A stretch of 64,000 bases of DNA from an uncultured Pseudomonadota bacterium (GTDB lineage Bacteria > Vulcanimicrobiota > Vulcanimicrobiia > Eremiobacterales > Eremiobacteraceae), in contig CAVTNB010000003.1 in the NCBI GenBank assembly GCA_963736005.1, forward strand, positions 453,445-517,444, given 5' to 3'. Made by a program: the position numbers and the translations under genes. Shown piece by piece: positions 58,257 to 64,000 of this stretch. The stretch's first letter is position 1, and each line of letters starts with the position of its first letter. The notes under the pieces were generated by a model that was not told where the DNA came from, did no database searches, and saw only the letters and a list, made by a program, of their open reading frames with translations.

Positions 58257-59447
58257 ATGGCACAATCGTTGACCCAAACAATCACTGTTTCGCAAGATGT
58301 CAAACAAGACGTGATCGAGTTGCGACGCGATATTCACGCTCATCCGGAGCTTGGCTTCGAAGAGGTGCGCACGGCGGCGATTGTGGCCGATCGCCTCAAA
58401 CGCTTGGGCTACGAAGTCCGCACTGGGATCGCACAAACGGGCGTGATCGGAATCCTTCGCACGGGTAAGGCCGGGCGCACCGTGTTGCTGCGCGCCGATA
58501 TGGATGCACTACCGATCGAAGAGGCCAAGCGTCTGTCGTTCGCTTCGACTGTGGCGGGGAAAATGCACGCGTGCGGGCACGACGGCCACGTCGCCATTCT
58601 CCTAGGGGCGGCCGGCATGATCATGGAGCGTCGAGATGCTCTGTGCGGTACCCTCGTTTTGTGCTTTCAGCCCGCCGAAGAAGGTCAAGGCGGAGCCGCC
58701 GCCATGGTGGCTGAGGGCGTGCTCGACGACCCACATGTGGACGCCGTGTATGGCCTGCACTTGTGGTCTCAGCACGCACCGGGTTTCGTGCTCACTCGTC
58801 CGGGGCCCATGATGGCGGCAAGCGACACCATCGAAATAACCGTGCGCGGCAAAGGCGGCCATGGCGCTCAGCCGGATCACACGATCGATCCGATCGTCAC
58901 CGCTGCGCAGTTCGTGACCTCCGTGCAGACGGTCGTGAGCCGGAAGGTCGATCCGCTCGAACCGGCGGTGGTGACGATTGGATTGTTTGTTGCCGGCACC
59001 GCACCCAACGTGATCCCCGAAACCGTTCGCATGATGGGAACCGTCCGCACGTTCAACGAGGAATTGCGCGATGAGATGCCATCGAAAATCGAAACGGTAC
59101 TGGCGGGGTGCTGCGGGAGCGCAAGGGCAACGTACGATTTTACCTATCGCCGACGCTACCCAGTAACGTCCAATGATGCGGTGGAGGCAGCCTACGTGCA
59201 CAAACTTGCCGCCGCGACACTCGGACCGCACTGGGTAACGGAACAGCCAAAGATCATGGGTGCGGAAGACTTCTCGTTCATGTTGCAACGACGCCCTGGC
59301 TGCTTTTTCTTTGTCGGAGCCAAGCTCGACCCCAATGTGGATGCGCCACACCACAGCCCGCATTTCGTGATTGACGAGTCCGCGCTCGAGACGGGCGTGC
59401 AGATGATGGTCGCCTTAGCCCACGACGCCCCAAAAAGACAAATGTAG
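58257..59447 (+). CDS. M20D amidohydrolase
   Basis: HPELGFEE, LRADMDALP, MHACGHDGH, FQPAEE, GAEDFS. Confidence 0.93.
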   Translation: MAQSLTQTITVSQDVKQDVIELRRDIHAHPELGFEEVRTAAIVADRLKRLGYEVRTGIAQTGVIGILRTGKAGRTVLLRADMDALPIEEAKRLSFASTVAGKMHACGHDGHVAILLGAAGMIMERRDALCGTLVLCFQPAEEGQGGAAAMVAEGVLDDPHVDAVYGLHLWSQHAPGFVLTRPGPMMAASDTIEITVRGKGGHGAQPDHTIDPIVTAAQFVTSVQTVVSRKVDPLEPAVVTIGLFVAGTAPNVIPETVRMMGTVRTFNEELRDEMPSKIETVLAGCCGSARATYDFTYRRRYPVTSNDAVEAAYVHKLAAATLGPHWVTEQPKIMGAEDFSFMLQRRPGCFFFVGAKLDPNVDAPHHSPHFVIDESALETGVQMMVALAHDAPKRQM

Positions 59448-59662
59448 TCGCGCGAATTTTATTCGCGCGTGATCGGACGAAAGTTATGCGAACCATGCTG
59501 AACGAACGACGATCGCCGCGCCTGTGGGCGCCTACAACCACGCTCTGCTTATCGAGCGGCCGGGTCGTATGCTGTATTAAATTCGCGCGACTACATATTT
59601 AATGTAGTGTCGCCAATTTATTGGCGACGATTCAAGCGCGCGAATAAATTCGCGCGACTACA

Positions 59663-60583
59663 TTAGGGGTTCGACGAAAGGTACTTCGCGAACCAGGAGA
59701 GCGTTCTTATCCACGCGTCAGCAGCAGCCGAGGCAACGTAGCGTGCGCGCGTGTCATCGAAAAATGCATGCCCAGCTTCGGGATAGATTTTGATGTCGTT
59801 TGGAACCTTCAGCCTCGCCTGCATGGCGTGAACGTCGTCTGGCAAGATGCTCGTATCGCGCGCCCCGAACTGCCCCATGAGCGGAATCTTTAAATTGTTT
59901 GTATATGCGAGGGCGGCATCGCTGATCGGCCCTTGGCTCTTTGAGTCGTCCCAGCGAACCGCTCCGTAGAAAATGACTGCCGCATCGAACACGCCAGCAT
60001 CTTCTATCGCCGCGCGAAGCGCAATCTTGCCGCCCATGCAAAACCCCATCACGCCGACCTTCGGCGGCCGATCCAAAGGACCCGAGCCGACCCGTGCACG
60101 GATCCACGTCGCGCCCGATTGTAAGTCCGCGTCGACCTGCTTCGGATCGAGTTTGGCGGCAAGCGCGGAAAATGGAGCATAATCGGTGGCTCCATCACCG
60201 CTCGGAGCGTTCAACCCCGCGTAGAGATCGGGAGCGATCGTCACATAGCCCGCTTTCGCGAGCCGCCGCACCGTATCGCGGATCTGTGCGTCAACTCCCC
60301 AAATGTGTTGCGTGATGACGACTCCCGGAGTCTGCTTGCTGTTGGTTCGCGGGTAGGCGGCGTAGGCGTCGAGCGTGCCGTGCGCGCGCGGCAATTGCGG
60401 TCGCTCAACTGTAATGTCGGGGTCGTTTTCCGGCACGAGCGGAGGGTGCGGCTTGCCTAGGTCTTGATTGTCCGCGAGCGCACGCGCGATCGTCGCACCT
60501 GCAGCCGCCGCGCTTGCGGTTAAACCGATGAACGCCCGACGGCCAAGCTGCGGCGATGTGGCGCGAAGAGGGTCCATTTCCAT
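59663..60583 (-). CDS. Dienelactone hydrolase family protein with Tat-like signal
   Basis: GRRAFI, GFCMGG, AGHAFFD. Confidence 0.9.
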   Translation of the reverse strand: MEMDPLRATSPQLGRRAFIGLTASAAAAGATIARALADNQDLGKPHPPLVPENDPDITVERPQLPRAHGTLDAYAAYPRTNSKQTPGVVITQHIWGVDAQIRDTVRRLAKAGYVTIAPDLYAGLNAPSGDGATDYAPFSALAAKLDPKQVDADLQSGATWIRARVGSGPLDRPPKVGVMGFCMGGKIALRAAIEDAGVFDAAVIFYGAVRWDDSKSQGPISDAALAYTNNLKIPLMGQFGARDTSILPDDVHAMQARLKVPNDIKIYPEAGHAFFDDTRARYVASAAADAWIRTLSWFAKYLSSNP

Positions 60584-60643
60584 CCCTGTCTCCCAAGCGG
60601 ACCTAAAGGTCCGCTGCTACAAAAGCGAGCTGAAAGTGCAATA

Positions 60644-61444
60644 TTACGTTTTGGCGGCTTTGGTTTTGGCGGTGGAGGCGGCCCAGTGGTACAGGCCGTC
60701 AAGGACGAGACGCTCGTCGCGCACCTCGAAGACGTTTGTGTGCGGCGCGATCAGATCCGCGAGTCCGCCTGTGGCGACCGCCCGGGCTTTGCTCCCAAGC
60801 TCTTTTCGAAACAGCCCTACCATGTATTCGACCTGGCCGACGAACCCGAGAATGATACCCGATTGAAGAGATGTCGTGGTGTCGACACCGATGGCGGATT
60901 CTGGGCGCACCAATGGCACGCTCATGAGCTTGGCAGCGCGGCCGATGAGCCCGTCAACCGAAACCTCAACGCCCGGTGCGATCGCGGTGCCCAAATATTC
61001 CCCTTTCTCATTCACGGCGGCGAAGGTGGTGGCGGTCCCAAATTGTACGACGATCACGGGCGCGCCGTACTTCGCGACTGCGCCGATGGCGCCGCCAATC
61101 AGGTCGGCGCCAAGCTCGGCAGCATGGCGCGTCTTGATTGGTACGAGCGACTGTCGCGCTGCGGACAAAAACTGTGGTTTGCAATTGAAGTAGCGCTCGG
61201 CCATTCCGGTGAGCGCGCGATACAGCGGAGGGACCACGCTGGCGACGACCACCCGCTTGACCGCGGAGCGTGGGACATTGTTCACACGCAGCATGCTGTC
61301 TACCAACGCAGCCAGGTCATCACCCGTTTGCTGATGGTTGGTCGCGGACCGCCACGTATGCACGAGCGTTCCCGCAGCCGCACCTTCGTATTCGAAAAGT
61401 CCGAACTTGATATTCGTGTTGCCGACTTCAACCGCGAGCAACAT
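60644..61444 (-). CDS. coaX: Type III pantothenate kinase
   Basis: VEVGNTNIK, LGADL, FGTATT, IAPG, ATGG. Confidence 0.9.
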   Translation of the reverse strand: MLLAVEVGNTNIKFGLFEYEGAAAGTLVHTWRSATNHQQTGDDLAALVDSMLRVNNVPRSAVKRVVVASVVPPLYRALTGMAERYFNCKPQFLSAARQSLVPIKTRHAAELGADLIGGAIGAVAKYGAPVIVVQFGTATTFAAVNEKGEYLGTAIAPGVEVSVDGLIGRAAKLMSVPLVRPESAIGVDTTTSLQSGIILGFVGQVEYMVGLFRKELGSKARAVATGGLADLIAPHTNVFEVRDERLVLDGLYHWAASTAKTKAAKT

Positions 61445-61447
61445 GCT

Positions 61448-62671
61448 CTACCTCTTGTGGCGCAGCGCGCCGAGCCGATCCAGGATCTCGCCAGCGACGA
61501 TCGTCTTTGAGGCGCGGCCCACGGCTTCGCGGCCTTCGCGTCCCCAGAGGATCGTGACCTCATTGTCGAGCGAGCCAAACGCCCCGCCGCCGATGCCAAT
61601 GCGATTGACCACGATGCAGTCAAGCTGCTTGGCCGTCAGCTTTTCCCGCGCCCGCTGCTCGATCTCACCCGTTTCGGCGGCGAACCCCACAACGAAGCAG
61701 CCCACGGGTCGGTGCGCGCTGACATCTGCAATGATGTCGGGATTCCGCTCGAGCGTCAGCGTGCGCGTTGCGCCTTCTTTGGGAATCTTTGTCGAGCTGA
61801 ACTCGGCTGGTCGAAAATCCGCAACCGCCGCTGCTCCAATGAAGAGCGCGGTGCCGGGAAGATGCTCCATGACAGCTGCATGCATTTCGCGAGCAGTTGT
61901 CACCGCCACGAAGTTAATGCCCGCAGGCGCGCGCAACTCGGTCGGGCCGCAAATGACCGTGACGTCCGCACCTCGAGCTTGCGCTTCGCGCGCCAGGGCT
62001 AAGCCCATCCGACCGCTCGAGGGGTTGGACAGGAAGCGAGATGGATCCACAAACTCTCGGGTTGGTCCCGCCGTGATGAGTACCCGCTCGTCCTTGAGAC
62101 TGTTCGCGCGTTGAACCACGAGATTGACGGCCGCCACGATCTCGTGCTCGTCGGCCAGGCGGCCTTGGCCCACTTCACCGCAAGCAAGAAAGCCGGACCC
62201 CGGCTCGACGAACAAAAATCCGCGGTCCTGGAGCGTGCGCAGATTTTCTTGGGTCGCCTGCGCCTCGAGCATCTGCGTGTTCATCGCGGCGGCGACGAGC
62301 ACGGGTTTGCGCGTGGCAAGCACGCACGTGGTCAAGAGATTGTCGGCAATCCCATGGGCGAGTTTGGCCAACGTGTTCGCCGTCGCGTTCAAAATGAGAA
62401 AAGCATCTGTTTTGCGGACGAGGCCGATATGCGCGATCTCCCAGGTTGTGCCTTCCCCGAACATGTCGGTGTGGACTTGGTTGTTTGAGAGCGATTGGAA
62501 GGTCAATGGCGTGACGAAGCGTTGTGCCGCTTCGGTCATAATCACGTGGACGTCCGCGCCTGCCTGTCGCAACGCGCTGACGGTGCTTGCGCATTTGTAC
62601 GCAGCGATCCCGCCGCACACCCCGACGAGAAGCGTACGCCCTCGCAAACCATCCGGAAGGTCAAACTTCAT
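61448..62671 (-). CDS. coaBC: Phosphopantothenoylcysteine decarboxylase/synthetase
   Basis: GGIAAYK, AMNTQM, LACGEVGQGR, TAGPTRE, NPSSGRMG, GFAAET. Confidence 0.96.
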   Translation of the reverse strand: MKFDLPDGLRGRTLLVGVCGGIAAYKCASTVSALRQAGADVHVIMTEAAQRFVTPLTFQSLSNNQVHTDMFGEGTTWEIAHIGLVRKTDAFLILNATANTLAKLAHGIADNLLTTCVLATRKPVLVAAAMNTQMLEAQATQENLRTLQDRGFLFVEPGSGFLACGEVGQGRLADEHEIVAAVNLVVQRANSLKDERVLITAGPTREFVDPSRFLSNPSSGRMGLALAREAQARGADVTVICGPTELRAPAGINFVAVTTAREMHAAVMEHLPGTALFIGAAAVADFRPAEFSSTKIPKEGATRTLTLERNPDIIADVSAHRPVGCFVVGFAAETGEIEQRAREKLTAKQLDCIVVNRIGIGGGAFGSLDNEVTILWGREGREAVGRASKTIVAGEILDRLGALRHKR

Positions 62672-63527
62672 CGTCGTTCTCTTCTTGGCCGGCGGGGGTT
62701 TGCACTCTCAGATTGTCGATGAGTCGTGTCTGGCCGGCGAAAGCAGCGCCAACTGCGAGAAGCTCGGTCGCACTCGGAGCGGTGTGCACGGGACGAAAAT
62801 CATCCGGATGCACGACAGCGAGGTAATCCTCGCGGAGCGTTTTCAGCAGCTTGCGAGCTCCCTCAATACACCCGACCACATCGCGCCGCCCGGCAGCAAG
62901 CTCTTCCTTGATGAAGAGCAATGCGGCATAGAGGTTCGGCGCGCTGCGACGCTCTGCCGCGGTGAGATACGCGTTACGCGATGAGAGCGCGAGCCCATCC
63001 GGTTCGCGAACCGTTTCGCAGGCAACGATCTCGACCGGGATATTAAGGTCGCTGACCATGCGACGTATCACGGCAAGCTGCTGCGCATCTTTTTCCCCGA
63101 AGTACGCTTTCTGGGGCGCGATTATGTTGAAGAGTTTGAGCACGACAGTAGCAACGCCCCGAAAATGCCCGGGGCGACGCTGCCCTTCGAGATGCTGCGC
63201 GAGCAACGTCGGCTCGACGAACACGTCGAGTTTGCGCGGATACACATCAAGCACGCGGGGCTCGAAAAGTAAGTCGACGTTTAAGCTCTCAAGAAGATCG
63301 CGGTCATCTTCGAGATTGCGCGGATACGCGTTGAAGTCTTCGTTGGCACCAAACTGCAAGGGGTTGACGAAGATCGAAACCACAACACTTGCGCATTCGC
63401 GCCGAGCGCGCTCGATAATCGCCGCATGTCCAGCATGCAGCGCACCCATCGTCGGAACGAGGCCGATCGGGGGCGCAAGACAGTCGCGTGCCGAGGCAAT
63501 CTCGGCGGCGTGCGTGACGCTTTCCAT
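62661..63527 (-). CDS. panC: Pantoate-beta-alanine ligase
   Basis: VPTMGALHAGH, FVNPLQF, RPGHFRGV, GLALSSRN, RLIDN. Confidence 0.96.
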   Translation of the reverse strand: MESVTHAAEIASARDCLAPPIGLVPTMGALHAGHAAIIERARRECASVVVSIFVNPLQFGANEDFNAYPRNLEDDRDLLESLNVDLLFEPRVLDVYPRKLDVFVEPTLLAQHLEGQRRPGHFRGVATVVLKLFNIIAPQKAYFGEKDAQQLAVIRRMVSDLNIPVEIVACETVREPDGLALSSRNAYLTAAERRSAPNLYAALLFIKEELAAGRRDVVGCIEGARKLLKTLREDYLAVVHPDDFRPVHTAPSATELLAVGAAFAGQTRLIDNLRVQTPAGQEENDDEV

Positions 63528-63537
63528 ATGGCGCGTG

Positions 63538-64000
63538 CTAGGAGTCGACAACGGGTGTCGGCTTGGGTTTGGGCCCGGCGTCGATGCTGTGCTCTGGAGC
63601 GGGGAATGCACCGCCGCGAACTTCGTCGACGTAGGTCCGTACCGCCGATAAACCTTCCCTGTAGAATTCAGCATAACGTTTGGCATGCTTGGGCAAATAG
63701 CCGGTCGACAAGCCGAGCAGGTCGTGGATCACACTTACCTGCCCATCGCAGTCGACACCCGCGCCAATACCGATGGTTGCTGCCTTGATGCTTTGCGAGA
63801 TGTGGGCCGCCAATGGCGCCGGCACGCACTCCAAAACCACGGAGAAACAGCCCGCCGCGTCGAGGGTCTTGGCTTGCTCCATAAGGCGCTCGGCCGACTC
63901 CGAGGTCTTGCCTTGCGCTCGGAAGCCGCCAAGTGCGTGAACGGACTGGGGCGTTAGCCCAAGGTGACCCATGACCGGAATGCCCACGCTCACCAATCGC
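63538..64000 (-). CDS. panB: 3-methyl-2-oxobutanoate hydroxymethyltransferase (5' truncated)
   Basis: MGHLGLTPQS, LECVP, IGIGAG..CDGQV. Confidence 0.95.
   Translation of the reverse strand, partial: RLVSVGIPVMGHLGLTPQSVHALGGFRAQGKTSESAERLMEQAKTLDAAGCFSVVLECVPAPLAAHISQSIKAATIGIGAGVDCDGQVSVIHDLLGLSTGYLPKHAKRYAEFYREGLSAVRTYVDEVRGGAFPAPEHSIDAGPKPKPTPVVDS

Noticed and set aside
46406..62984. Long antisense/overlapping ORFs (e.g. 48313-49206, 52095-53033, 56881-57768, 60686-61510, 62124-62984)
   Set aside because: Shadow frames of well-supported genes in GC-rich DNA, with no motifs.

Overview
GC-rich bacterial chromosome segment from a diderm organism (TonB-dependent receptors, type IV pilin, flagellar-type genes). 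The protein style is reminiscent of Eremiobacterota/WPS-2, but this is an unverified impression. Left arm (1-18.8 kb): FecR-like protein, lutABC, two mirror-image units of a membrane leader protein ending in LANRPPP followed by a TonB-dependent receptor, with a perfect palindromic operator between them, MauE/TlpA, a pilin, two DUF3105-like proteins and a znuA-C-B-zur operon carrying the same operator. Centre (18788-34265): a ~15.5 kb, visibly more AT-rich integrative element inserted into a lytic transglycosylase gene. The two host halves rejoin in frame at a TAT core, and the predicted attP is an imperfect inverted repeat. The element encodes a large serine integrase, an HNH nuclease, a second serine recombinase, a TerS-like protein, HTH regulators, a Rep protein with an internal iteron origin and an unannotated ribosomal protein bS21 homologue, but no recognisable capsid, tail or conjugation genes. 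Right arm: reduced flagellar operon (flgB-flgC-fliE-fliF::FliG-M-fliH-fliI-slt), adenylate and diguanylate cyclases, rpsI-rplM-truA-lysS-greA, an aminotransferase/SRPBCC/acyl-ACP-reductase-like cluster, miscellaneous metabolism and panB-panC-coaBC-coaX. Three GTAG-type REP families are scattered through host DNA only. All calls come from motif recognition by eye; no searches were run.
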